NCBI RefSeq assembly: GCF_041956535.1
Contig: NW_027192200.1
Location: 766,737-817,480, forward strand
Source: Calcarisporiella thermophila CBS 279.70
Lineage: Eukaryota > Fungi > Calcarisporiellomycota
Direction: 5' to 3'
DNA length: 50,744 nucleotides
In this document: one piece after another, positions 1 through 11,414 of the stretch
How the letters are laid out: every line of letters begins with the position of its first letter
How positions within the stretch are numbered: the first letter of the stretch is position 1
Notes under the pieces: model-generated
The model's database searches: none
The model's input: only the letters and a program-made list of their open reading frames with translations
What the model was told of the DNA's origin: nothing
Position numbers and translations under genes: made by a program

Positions 1-335
1 GGGAGAAGGCGCTGGGACCTGAGCACCCCAACACGTCCTTGTCGGTTAATAATCTGGCCAACCTCTACTCTAGTCAGGGCAAGTACGAGCAGGCGGAGCA
101 GCTGTACCAGCGAGCCCTTGCCATCCGGGAGAAGGCGCTGGGACCCGTTCACCCCTACACGGCCACATCAGTAAATGATTTGGCCAAACTCTACGGGATT
201 CAAGGCAAATATAAACAAGCTAAACCATTGTTTCAACGAGCATTGGAGATCCGGGAGAAAGTGCTGGGACCTGAACATTCAGATACAATTGAATCTAGAA
301 ATGCTCTTAACCATTCGTTATGTATTATATCCTAG
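1..335 (+). CDS. 3' end of a TPR-repeat protein (42-aa kinesin-light-chain-type TPRs, typical C-terminus of fungal NLR-like NB-ARC/NACHT-TPR proteins); truncated by the window edge
   Basis: Translation NNLANLYSSQGKYEQAEQLYQRALAIREKALGPVHP, repeated. The DNA unit gggagaaggcgctgggacc recurs at 1 and 127, and in diverged form at 253 (126-nt period). Stop TAG at 333-335. Confidence 0.85.
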   Translation, partial: EKALGPEHPNTSLSVNNLANLYSSQGKYEQAEQLYQRALAIREKALGPVHPYTATSVNDLAKLYGIQGKYKQAKPLFQRALEIREKVLGPEHSDTIESRNALNHSLCIIS

Positions 336-1132
336 CTCAGCCCTACAATCCTTTCACTTCCTTTTATGGTTCTTAATTCATTATCCCCAAGAATATTTTC
401 CTCCTTGAACCCTTTTATAAACCAAATGCAATATAATGTAAATTATAGGGTTTATAAAAATAAAACCCGTTCTAAGGACTGTAATTGTTTTAAAATTTAT
501 ATGCTCTTAGCTGGGCGCTGTGCATCCCACATTCGTCGAAAATAATAGTAGTTTGCTTCTCAACTACAGATTAATTTCGGCCAAAGCCAAGTTATCTTAT
601 AAAATGGATGTAGTGAGCCATTGTGATCGCATATTCTCACAGAGGACATTATTCTAATGCCCTCCCCTCTCTCTCACGCTAATATTATTCACAAAGCACA
701 CGGGAGTAAATTGATTCTGAGAGGGAGTCCATATATCAGCACTATCTTCCTCTATCTCTTCATCATACAATATTGGAGCTTGCCTTTGACATTGTCAATA
801 TTGATAGTAATTCTTACTGAAAATAATTTTTCTTTATATAATTCTTCTATCACAATTGATTAGAATAATGAATTCAAATGAGGTGCAAGATAACTTTCTT
901 TAGCCGCAACACATCACGAATCTCCATGCTTCTTCTGGTAGTTGCCATCCGTGTTGGGATGTCTTCTGCCGGCTCTCTCTGTTTGTATCTGCGTTTTGTT
1001 TGCCTGGGTGCTATTCCGCTGTTATCTGATTGTTGTGTCTTGAGCAGATTTCCAATATCTCCGTGGCTATTTCTAGTAAAGGTAAACTCACCGTGCCCAG
1101 GGTATAAACGAATACTGCTTTGTTATGAACAT

Positions 1133-1452
1133 GTTACCATAATTGCGAGTGATTATACTGGCCTTTCACGATAGACATATTTTTTGAAGCTCACTATCTA
1201 AACAAACTACCATAAAATACAGCTCTAGCATGAGTTCATCCCCAGATGAGATATAATATTTTCGAATCGAACAGATTTCAGGTCCAAGATTCACGCTTTT
1301 TTAGATGAGAAACAGAACATAGAGTTGGGTAAGTGCCCAGCACACGCTTGGACTTTTCCATGCTGAACCAAGTCTCATATGATTTAATTGGTGGGGGTTA
1401 TTATGTGAGTGAAAAAACAAAAGCAAACATATCAACTAATGAACCGACTGAT
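1133..1452 (+). repeat. Diverged direct repeat, copy 1 (partner at about 4578-4920)
   Basis: Shared collinear blocks: ctatcta(a/c)acaaactacc, tagcatga, gatgaga, aagtgcccagcacacgctt, ttccatgctgaa, tgatttaa. Confidence 0.75.
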
Positions 1453-2068
1453 AACTTCGCATAATCTTCGTCTGCTGTTTCCTTACTCATATTGATTCTG
1501 AGTTTATTACCAGCTACAACAACAATCGGTGATTTTAAATTAGTTGCTATATTCTCCATCATTGCAAAATTGTGAAGCACAATCTCTTCGTTAGGATCCA
1601 TACCAAAGGACCTAATAATAACCTTTTTTTATTATTGAACATAACATTGGCATCTATTCAGTTGATTTGATGATATAATATGTATATGGCTTATCAATCT
1701 TATCTTTATATTTTACTGCTAGTATATTTGCGCTTATTAGAACGAGTGCTTATATATATTACTTGTTGTCCAACTGTTTACGAATGAATCAACTGAAGCC
1801 TAGTGTAGAGGCAGAGCACTAGACAACTGGGAGATCCACGTCTCTTTCTTAACCATGCTCTTCATTGCACTTAATTTTAATAAATATAAAAATTACTAAT
1901 TCGAAATAAATTCCAAGTTCGGATCACTCTACAATATTATCATACAAAGGAGATTGTTATAAGTAGATGGGTCGTCGCCCTATTGGCTGAATAATCAGAG
2001 TGAAGTATTCGAAAGAGGATTGATAGGAAAGGAGCTGGGGAAGCGCATGCTTCTAGAGTGGGGAGATT

Positions 2069-2779
2069 CTAACCGGAGGCCCCGCACACGGGAAAGGGAT
2101 ACTTCTTGTAGTTCTCCGAGAAGGACACATTAGTGGGATCGTTCTTCCACTCGTATTCATTCATTTCGGCAACGCGGCGTGCAAAGTCTTCGCCATAGAT
2201 TTGCGACAGTAGGTAAAATGTCCCATCCAGCCCGGCCGCACCCCCGCTGGTAGTGATGAACTTTCCGTCATGCACATAGCGTGCATCACAGACCCATTCG
2301 ACCTTTGGATGAGCTTGCGTATGTATAGGCCAGAGAGCCTTGAGACCCGTTGCCTTATGCCCATCTAGAACCCCCGACGCGGCCAGAGTTAAGGACCCGG
2401 CACAGATAGTAAAGACGTACTTTTTCACATTCGGGACAACTCGCTGGAGCCACGAGTTCAAGGTGGGGCCCGACTTGACGCCCGCAGCAATGCATAGGAC
2501 ATCGATGTCGTCAGGGACGTCGTCGAAAGAGTAATCGGGGGTGAGGACCATGCCTTCAGTGGAGCGGATAGGGGCTCGGGTCTCCCCAATGGTTTTCACC
2601 ACGGAATTTGGAATGAAGTCGGCCATGGTAATAAAGCTAGTGAGGTCAAACATATCGATGCCGTCGGTGATCACCGCATAGGATTTCAGGGGAGGGAGAT
2701 CCGAAGGGACGCCCATCCACTTGGACATCAACATGTCCTTTTTTTGCTTCTCGGGAGACAAGTTTTGTGCAGATGGCAT
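2069..2779 (-). CDS. DJ-1/PfpI (class I glutamine amidotransferase-like) protein, isocyanide hydratase/ThiJ-like subfamily; intronless
   Basis: 236-aa ORF with DGIDMFDL, PDYSFDDVPDDIDVLCIAAG, nucleophile elbow TICAGSLTLAASGVLDGHKAT, RYVHDGKFITTSGGAAGLD and AEMNEY. TATA-like tatataaa on the minus strand near 2890. Confidence 0.9.
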   Translation of the reverse strand: MPSAQNLSPEKQKKDMLMSKWMGVPSDLPPLKSYAVITDGIDMFDLTSFITMADFIPNSVVKTIGETRAPIRSTEGMVLTPDYSFDDVPDDIDVLCIAAGVKSGPTLNSWLQRVVPNVKKYVFTICAGSLTLAASGVLDGHKATGLKALWPIHTQAHPKVEWVCDARYVHDGKFITTSGGAAGLDGTFYLLSQIYGEDFARRVAEMNEYEWKNDPTNVSFSENYKKYPFPVCGASG

Positions 2780-3859
2780 GAGGAAATGTAAGATACAGAG
2801 TTTTGCGAAGAGTCGGAGTTTGAAAGTTCCAAATCAAGCAAATGGAGGAGAGATCAATTCCATGATTCTTTACAAAAAACATGGGCTATTTATATAAACC
2901 CAAAATCCATTCTTTCCATTACACAAGTTGGCGTTGAATGTCTGATCTAAAACTGGCGCATATAGTAGTCTATAAATGTGTAACATCCCTTCACGACTTG
3001 AACCAAATATCACGCTTTATCGTGTCCAAGGGTACTCCTGCTGTATAAAATGTCCTCGTTTAGAGCCGATGTCTGTATTTGTTTTATTTACTTGTTCTAG
3101 TGCAATAAATGAAATATTAAAAACAGATAGTTATCATGAAAGAGGCAATTTCCCATTTGCTTGCAGAGGAAATGAGCTGATGCAAGGGCGAGTTCCTCCG
3201 CGCGCGCATCACTGGGCCAATTTATTCCGGTGATTGAATAAGTCGAAATCTCGGTGAATTTGTATTTTTTCATACATATGAATTCACGACACCTCTAATA
3301 TTTGAGCACGGACTAATCGTGTGAACCGTGCATGGCTTTTCATATAAATAAAATGTAACCCATGACACAAGTTCACCCTAATCGGTATCGAAAATATAAC
3401 CATAAGGTTTCTCCGTTAAGCTTCGTAACGTTGATATATTTACTTCATCATAAATTTTTTCTTTACAAACAACACCCGTATCATATCATTTAAATGTTTG
3501 TGAAACCCACTTACGCCGTCGCTATTCTATATATGGCAGAATAACCGCTACTCACTTACTCCCCAAGTGGAATGTTTATTTAGGAAGGTCTCTTGAGATT
3601 AGAAATAGAAATTTTACATGGTGTTAAACTTTTAATCTTTTCTTTGCAGGGGCACTACTATAAATACTCGAAGATTTGCATAAATAGAGTGTTCTCGGAC
3701 TCCCACTTATTATATCCTCCTCCTGCCCTGATGTTATCTTGGGTCCGTTCTGCCGTCGTGCTAATTAATTTACTATAAAATTATCCAGTGTGAGTGAGTC
3801 CCAGACCATGTTCACCTTTTCCCACGGATCATCTTGGCTCACTATCTTCGGCACCTTGC

Positions 3860-4400
3860 CCCGCGGGCATTTCTTTAGCTTACCCCATGGAAGATCTATG
3901 AGGGTAAACCTGGTGACGGTGAAGGCCAATCAAGAACTTGAAACTGGAACCACCGATCAATGCGTTTGGCTCTGTGTTTTGGGTTGTGTTGGAATATTAA
4001 CTCTTGCTTGATGAGATTACAACGCTAGAACACAGCCACCAACTTATCTTCGAGGATTCGTGGAATAACTCAGCGGTTAGATTTTCCAAAATACGACATG
4101 CCAGTTCAATGTAGTAGAAGGTCATGCAATTCCATACCATAATACTTACTCCTCCGTGTTCGCCCCTGGGCTGTATACGGCTCACTTGCAGCGGTTCTTT
4201 ACGCCTCTTCCAATACCACTCCCGCCTTTTATTTTCAAAGATACGGATATGACACTCATTTGAAAATATGACACGATTACAATTTTCAAGGTCCAATGCT
4301 TGTATTTCCCCGCCAATGCCAGTCTCGTTAGACGAAGCCTTTTCCATAGAAAATGCTATTCTCTCTCAAATCTTGCGGCAAATTTACCCAAAATTAAGGT
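3860..4400 (-). mobile_element. Degenerate Tc1/mariner DDE transposase relic
   Basis: RVIFSNECHIRIF...WKRRKEPL...RGEHGGVSIMVWNCMT matches the Tc1 VIFSDESKF/HGGGSVMVWGC motifs. A frameshifted continuation QHNPKHRAKRIDRWFQFQVLDWPSPSPGL matches DNxPKH...LDWPSQSPDL. The first catalytic Asp reads as Asn. Confidence 0.85.
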
Positions 4401-4577
4401 GCCCCGAAACTTTCCGGAGATACCTTATGCGGAGGTTGACTAGAGATGTTATTCTTGGAATTAAACGCGATATTTATAATTTAATAAACCTTGATCTAAT
4501 TTTTATTTGAATATATTCTAGCTTCTGTATATGACAAGCACGAAGTATTACTCATATTTCTCCATTGGTATTGGTTA

Positions 4578-4920
4578 TTGACCATTATTACGAGAGATAA
4601 TACGGGCTCTTCATGTCAGTCGCACTTTTCAAAACTCTCTATCTACACAAACTACCTTAAACCGTTGTAGCATGAACCCAGCCATCGATGAGACAGAATA
4701 CCTTCGACTCGAATGAACTCCAAATCGTTAAATTCACACTTTATTTAGAAGAAAAAAAGGACATAGGGTGGGGGAAGTGCCCAGCACACGCTTCATTCTC
4801 TTCCATGCTGAAACTAAGCCCCATACAGAATGATTTAACTTTGTGGGTGATATTAGAACGTAAGTAAAAAAGCAAAAAAGAAAAAAAAGAAACGATTTAC
4901 TTCCACTAAGAATAACTGAT
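4578..4920 (+). repeat. Diverged direct repeat, copy 2 (partner at about 1133-1452)
   Basis: Same ordered blocks as copy 1, e.g. aagtgcccagcacacgctt at about 4775 vs about 1331. Confidence 0.75.
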
Positions 4921-5124
4921 GTGTCAGGATGGGGAAACAGAGGGAGGAGGAGGGAAAGGGAGGGGAGGGGAGGGGGATAAGTGTGTAATTAAAGAATACC
5001 TAACTTAAAAAACAGAAATTTCAAACCACCCTACATCCTTCGGCATAAAGAATAGATGAATATATATATTTATATAATAGTGGGAGAATCAGAGGAGTTG
5101 GGATCAGGGGGAATGGATTGGGGA

Positions 5125-8100
5125 TCAATAGGGTGAGTTGACAATGCTCGATCGGGACTTGAGTTGCTACAGGCAAAAAGGGGTAGGAAGATGTGCATGA
5201 GTGTTGCGAATAAAAAAAGGAATACGGGATAGGCTCATACCTTGACGGGTGTTAAGATTTGCTTGGTAGGGGCTTTCAGGTTCTTCTTTGATACCATAGT
5301 CACTAGAACGAAGAAAACGAGAGAGGTTAATAAAACGATCGGAAAGAGAAGAACGCGCTGCTTAAACTGACCATCATTAGGCAATGCGACCACGATCGAT
5401 CGATCCTGACCAAATTTGAAATTATCAGCAACGACATCATCGGCATAGCGCTTGATCTGGTAATCATAGAGGCGACCTTGGCGCACACGACGGAAGTTCC
5501 AGGTGATGACGTAGGGACCAGTTGAGGTGACGATGGTCTTTTCCTCGTCTGCTCCTGTGTCAAAGTGAGCCGTGGTGAAAGAAATCTGGATTAAGAGAGC
5601 AGAGGGCGTTAGGAAAAAAAAATACAAGCACTGCAGGGATGAATATTCATGATGGATGTGACTTACAGGCTGACCCATGTAAGCAACGTGTTCAGGACGC
5701 AATTGTAAACGTTTGGGAATGGGCTACGGGAAAAAAAAAGAAGAGGCAAAGACAGAGTCAATGGATCAAGTGCAAGATAAAAATAAGAATGGAAGTGGTA
5801 CTTTGTCGTCCTTGGCGAAGGATTTCTGGAACCCAAGCCTATTCTGCGGATCTCCATGGATCTTGGTATCTATCAACAGCAAATAGTTGGTGCATGTCGC
5901 AATGACCCACCGGCCATTCGCCGTCACGTCGATGCCAATGATCGGGTCTCCCAAAGCAGGCAGTACAGTCTTGGCATTCTTCGACAGTTGGTCATAAAGG
6001 CGGATGTCACCCTTATTGCTTGCCACGGCAACTTCACCACGCTCAGTTGTAGCCGCACAGCTGAAGTCATTTTTAGTGACATACTGCTTGAATTGGGAAT
6101 CCACCAGCTTGTTCCCAGATAGTCGTGGATCGATCCGAAATAGTGCGTTGTGGGAAAGTCCAATGAAGGTTTTTTCAGCCGTCATTTGGGCGTACTTTTT
6201 GTCGGGGGCAATCTCGCTGACAGGGACGATGTCGTGCACATTCCACTCCTCGACCACCTTGCCATACTCCAAGTCCATTTTGTATAGCGTGTGCTCATCA
6301 CCAGGATTCTTGAGGACCATAGCCGAATCCTCCTCGTGAAGCATGACCTATGAAAGGGAGAAGAAAATACGCATTAGATTTGGCATTCAGAAACCAGTGT
6401 TCCAATAACTCAGCAGTACTTTGGTAGGCGAGAAGGTTTTTCCTTTGAGGGTCGACACATCATTGATGGTTGCCGCAAACTCGAGCTGATCATCGTCAGT
6501 ATGCTTGAAAACGCCAATTTTTGAGCCTCGCACCACAAAGGACCGATCGTGCTTGTAACCGACGGCAAGTTGACTATTAGCAGTGCCACCATTGTCCCTC
6601 GCATATTCCTCCTCTTCCTCCTCTTCCTCCTCTTCTTCCTCCTCCTCCTCTTCCTCTTCGTCATAATATTCTTCCTCTTCTCTTTCGTCGTCGGGGTATG
6701 CTTCCGCTGCCGTATCTAGCATTTCCACGTCTTCTTGGTATGCGTTTTCAATGTATTCCTTATCCTTATCCTAAACAGAGTAGAGTAAGTGATTAAAGGT
6801 TGAAATTGCTTACAAAATAGGAAAGAGCAGCAAGTACCTTTGTCTTTGTAAAGCTTTCCATGTTCAGCGTCTCGTACATGCATTGGACGAAAGATTCTCT
6901 GAAATTGACTTCGCTTTCCTCACTACCGAAACGAAGCAGCCAAGAATAAGCAGAGCCGTCATCGTGGTAATAATTCCATATAAAGGATTTGTGCTCCTAG
7001 AGAAAAAAAAAGGGTGTTAATCCACAGAGGATACACAATATAAAGGAAACATTTGGTACTTTACATGGTTGAAAACGGGGTTCATCATGGGCTCAATAGG
7101 CTGGGCAAGGAATGCCTTTTCTTGGGAATCAATCTTCAGCCAATCTATTGAGGGAATGCATATTTGCGGGTTAGAAGACACTGCCTAAGAAGGGAATACA
7201 AGACTGTGCTTACATTTGTAGGTATCCACTTTGACAAACGAGGCCGTTACATTCTGATCCTGCAGCATAAACATGCCCGAATTCGGGTCAAACAGGTGCA
7301 GCTCCGCTTCAGTAGCGGAGATGGTCTCTACGCTGGAAGGCGCAGTTTTAGCCTCAGGGGCAGTGAATGGACTTGGCTCTTCTTGTTTTAATTGTTTCAC
7401 GGGTGTCTTCGGCTCCTCCTTGCTTTGTGTTCTGTGTGTCTTGGCTTGCGGCTTGCGTGCGGAGGCAGATTCCTTCAGAGTTTTAGGGCTATTATAGAAG
7501 ATAGCCGTAAGCCATTGCTCCAAAAATTGGGTGAGCAATTCAACAAGATTTACCTGCGAGAGAACTGTTGAATATCCTCATCGGTAGCATCCTCATAGGG
7601 CCTGTTATATTTACGTTCGTACATACATTGATACATGGTCAACTCAAAGAGATCAATAGTGTGAGAGTTGATGCTTGAATCGCACAAAAACGCAAATGTG
7701 TTGGTTGGATTCTACAATAGCCAAAAAAATAAGGTATATTAAAGAGGGAGGATGGGCGGCTCAGTTAGCTTTTGCGTGTCGAAAATATAAGAAAAGGGGG
7801 GAACTTACTCCTTGAAGATCGCACCAGGAAAACTTTATGCTATTGCCCTCTACATTCTTGCAAAAATTCAACCCTTCGTCAATTAGGAAGGCTTTCTCAT
7901 CGTCCACTATACGCGAAATGCAATAGTAGAGTCAATCCATCATCCACGATATAAATTCACCTATATCCATCTTACAAACTTACGTTCATCCTCGTCTTCC
8001 TCGCCTTCTTCGTAGACTCGTGTTACGATCAGTTGATACTGGAATGGGATGCTGGTGCGTCGAATCGTGAGCTGCGCATCTTTGTAGCTATAGAGAAAAG

Positions 8101-8288
8101 GATCCGATTTGACATAATCAACGATGGATTTGGACATCGATATATATATAAAAAAGCAAATCTTACAGGCACTGTTCACGAATACCCTGTGCGCTCTTTG
8201 GGCGCACTGAGTAAAACTCGCCAGACGTGATCTGAACCAGCTCAGGGCGACTATCGCCAAATATTAGCTTGCTTATCATGTTAAGCAT
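5125..8288 (-). CDS. VID27: Vacuolar import and degradation protein 27-like (N-terminal PH-like domains, acidic poly-Glu linker, C-terminal beta-propeller); multi-exon
   Basis: Exons read MLNMISKLIFGDSRPELVQITSGEFYSVRP, YKDAQLTIRRTSIPFQYQLIVTRVYEEGE, NSQLAVGYKHDRSFVVRGSKIGVFKH, LYKMDLEYGKVVEEW, KNAKTVLPALGDPIIGIDVTANGRWVIATC, FTTAHFDTG..EKTIVTSTGPYVITWNF and terminal SRSSIVNSPY*. Joined by GT-AG introns. Confidence 0.92.
6607..6682 (-). repeat. Coding (GAG/GAA)n low-complexity tract encoding poly-Glu inside VID27
   Basis: tcc/tct run on the + strand; translation EEEEYYDEEEEEEEEEEEEEEEEEEY. Confidence 0.9.
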
Positions 8289-8443
8289 CTTGAGGTATGT
8301 TTTCGATTGCTTTTTTTCCTCGAAAATTGGCTAGGAAAAAAAAAGGTAGCCTAATGCCCAACACAACGCTTTCAACAAAATCAAGTCGATCTCGCGCTTT
8401 CTTGCGCGTAACTTTTTTTTTAATGCATATAAAAAACTTGGCG

Positions 8444-8459
8444 TTTGTGACGTCACAAA
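8444..8459. promoter_or_regulatory. Perfect 16-bp palindrome containing a CRE/ATF (bZIP) site upstream of VID27
   Basis: tttgTGACGTCAcaaa, about 155 bp upstream of the VID27 ATG at 8288. Confidence 0.5.
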
Positions 8460-8576
8460 GAACATTGGATTTTGGATGTCAGATATCAAACAAAGGAGGA
8501 AATTGATTGGATGATTCGATAGTGTCAAGAGAGAAAATTGGGAGAAAATAAAGAATGCATTGATGAATTGAAAAGG

Positions 8577-11233
8577 TTAAAATTTGGAGACATCCCGCCC
8601 AAATAGAATCTATCCAAAAAGACACCCAAAGATTAGCCTTTCTTGCAAGCTTTCAAACACTCGGAGCACCCGTTACCTTTTTCAGCCAGTCTAAGCTTAG
8701 CAGGGTCATATTCCGCAGCGAGGCCTGTTGGCCCCAATAGCTGGCTCGCCATGCATACATGGCCGCCATCCCTCCCGTCACTTGCCAGCTCCCAAAATCT
8801 CCTACCGCGGCTCTCCCAATGTATGCAAGTGAGCCCAAATGGGAATACGCGAAGGCTTCGTCCTTGTAATCCGGAAGCTTGTCGTTGTATCTTGCTAGAA
8901 GATTCAATCGTTTACCAACATATTCTCCTTGTTGGTGAGCCACCTGGGCAGTCTGTTATCCAAATTGAAAAAGAGAGTCATTGAGGTTATCATACTAACT
9001 TAACGCTGAAATCATGGGGAAGGAAAAGGAGGAGTCAGTCTAGCCGCAAGGAGAGGGAAGCTTACCGCTGGAAATGCAGTGATCTTTTTGTCAAGTTTCT
9101 CCAACAGGACACGAAGTTCCTCCAAGCTAATAGTTCCTAAGATAAAAAGAAAAACAGAATAAGTCGCCTGGCCCCTGGTAGACGTTTCTAAAGCGGAATG
9201 ATGCGCTACTTGACTTATCATAATCCGCCTCCTCAAATATTCGATCCACAGACAAAAGATGGCTGCGCGCTCGCGGATAGCGTTTCGACAATGTTTCGCA
9301 GAGGTGAGCAAATTCTTGGTAGTCAAGGGATCCGCTATTATCGACATCGGCCTCTTTGAGGTATTCCATGAGATGGTCGACGAAATGGGGTTCGGCGACG
9401 GTGGCGCAATCGCCGATGGCGTAGACCGAGTCGACCTCCACGCCCAAGAGGCGGAGATACTGATCGACTTCGATGGCGCGGCTATTACGTTGGCCATGGA
9501 ATTTCGTGGTGAGATCGTTGGTGAAATCGGTTTTTGCTACAGGGATAGAAGGGGGAGGGGAGGGGGAACCAAGAGGCGTTAAAAGGGTCGCACGAGGACA
9601 CGCTAGAGAGACATCGACTCACTTATGCCTGTAGACCACAAACACAGCCCAAAAGGGACCTCCTTGATCTCCGTCTCGTGGCTGCCGGGAATTTTCTTCT
9701 CATAGAAGATCTTTCCCTCCTCCACACGATTCACCCGCGCATTCGTGACCACGTTGATGTGATCTCTCTGAAACTTTTTCTCGGCATACTCGCTAATTTT
9801 TTGGTCGTAGGTGTTTAGGATGTGATCGCGCGATTGAATGATGGAGATGGAGATGTGCTGACTTAACAATTTAGGGACTAGTCAAGGTGCAATCAAGGTG
9901 GGAGTATAGAGTTAACACGGATGGCTGTATCACCCCCGTTCATACAGGTGATCGGGCTACTTACAGTAATGAATAAGATCTTCGCTGATCATATCGTACA
10001 ACTCGGCAGCGAATTCAACGCCTAAAGCAAGGATCGCATTAAGCTCGGTCTCATCAGAACTTGTGGATGGGCTGATGCTAGAGAAACTTACCAGTTGGTC
10101 CTCCTCCGCAAATAACGAAGCTCAGCAGGCGTTTGCGTTCGTCCGGGGTAGTGGTAGGCAGTGAGGCCATCTCCAAGTTGCTCATGATCTTAGAGCGTAT
10201 CTTCCTGGCATCCTGAACCGTCTTCAAAAAATGGCAATGCTCCAAGCCGGATACTCCGTGGGTGATGGACTGCGAGCCAACGGCAATGACCAGCTACCAT
10301 AAATGCCAGTTCAGGAAAAAAAAAATAGCGTGAAGAGAGACGAGGGTTGATTTAGCTGTAGAGTTGGAGAAATCGGCATAGCATAGCCCAAGAGGATTTT
10401 ATCTATTACCTTATCATATGGGATGTAAAAACTCGTCCCATTGGAACCCTCCACCTCAACCAGCTTCTCATTAAAATCAACGTCTCTAGCCTTGCCCTCG
10501 ATGAAATGCGCGTTTTTCCACATGGTAATACGGCGTATCGGCTCCAAAATGGACCTAGGGTAGCCGTTGGATTATCCGGTGACATAACTGCGCAATGAGA
10601 ATACCATTTACCTGATCTCCACCGTTCCAACGGTCACGCTAGGAAGTAACGGTGTAAAACAGAAATAGTTAGTGGGAGAAACAAGCACTACATTGTACGC
10701 GTCCTTGTCGAGGGTTTTAAGCACGGAGACTGCCTGAAATGGGATCGGGAGAGCCATCATTGCGGAAGAAAGAGAGATGAACAAAAGGAGTTAGCCATCC
10801 ATTTTAGCACGATTACTAATGCGTCGCCAGCTCAACATCCATGTTTTCAACTCACCCCCCAACCAGATCCCAATATCACTAGCGTTTTCTTTTTACGATC
10901 CTTCTCGACGACAACCTCGTGATCGTCTAGCTTGTATTTGAAAAATTCGGCCACTGGCAGCTTCTTTTCCCCGCGCGGCTCAAACACCGCGGGAGTAAGA
11001 CAAAGAACATGCGGGTATCCACCGACCTCTCGCAGTGCAGCAGAGAAGGGGTGCTTCTCTCCAGCCACGAGTGCCGACACTGTGGCGATGCTAGCGGTGG
11101 TTATGATGATGCCGTTGCGGTGGCGCCAGAGGAATTGGATCAGCCTGCGCGTGCGAGAGGGGGTGGGAGGAGCGGTGGAGTAGAGACGTGAATGGGAGTG
11201 GAGGAGATGAGGCTTCAAAGCGTGTCTTAGCAT
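8577..11233 (-). CDS. Mitochondrial external alternative (type II) NAD(P)H:ubiquinone oxidoreductase with EF-hand insertion (Neurospora NDE1/p64, plant NDB type); multi-exon
   Basis: Presequence [20 protein letters not shown]; LVILGSGWG; [20 protein letters not shown]; [19 protein letters not shown]; [12 protein letters not shown]; VYAIGDCAT; EF-hand [15 protein letters not shown]; [10 protein letters not shown]; [13 protein letters not shown]; last exon [10 protein letters not shown] (stop 8577-8579). Start codon uncertain. Confidence 0.92.
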
Positions 11234-11406
11234 TATGGATGGATGGGATGGAAGCAAATGAAAAACTCGCATGGATAGATTGGCTGTTAGTAGAGGACAT
11301 GCCATTTTGGCGCGGCTTCGTCTTACAAGGTCGCCAGGGCCAAAGAAACCCACTAACCTAAATGGGCCACGGGAGTATATTAAAACGTTGCTCTCAAAGG
11401 CACCCG

Positions 11407-11414
11407 TGACGTCA
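11407..11414. promoter_or_regulatory. CRE/ATF octamer upstream of the NADH dehydrogenase gene
   Basis: TGACGTCA, about 175 bp upstream of the likely ATG at 11233. Confidence 0.4.

Noticed and set aside
1-300. Regularly spaced DNA repeats resembling a CRISPR array
   Set aside because: The 126-nt period is the coding TPR repeat; there are no unique spacers or cas genes, and the context is eukaryotic.
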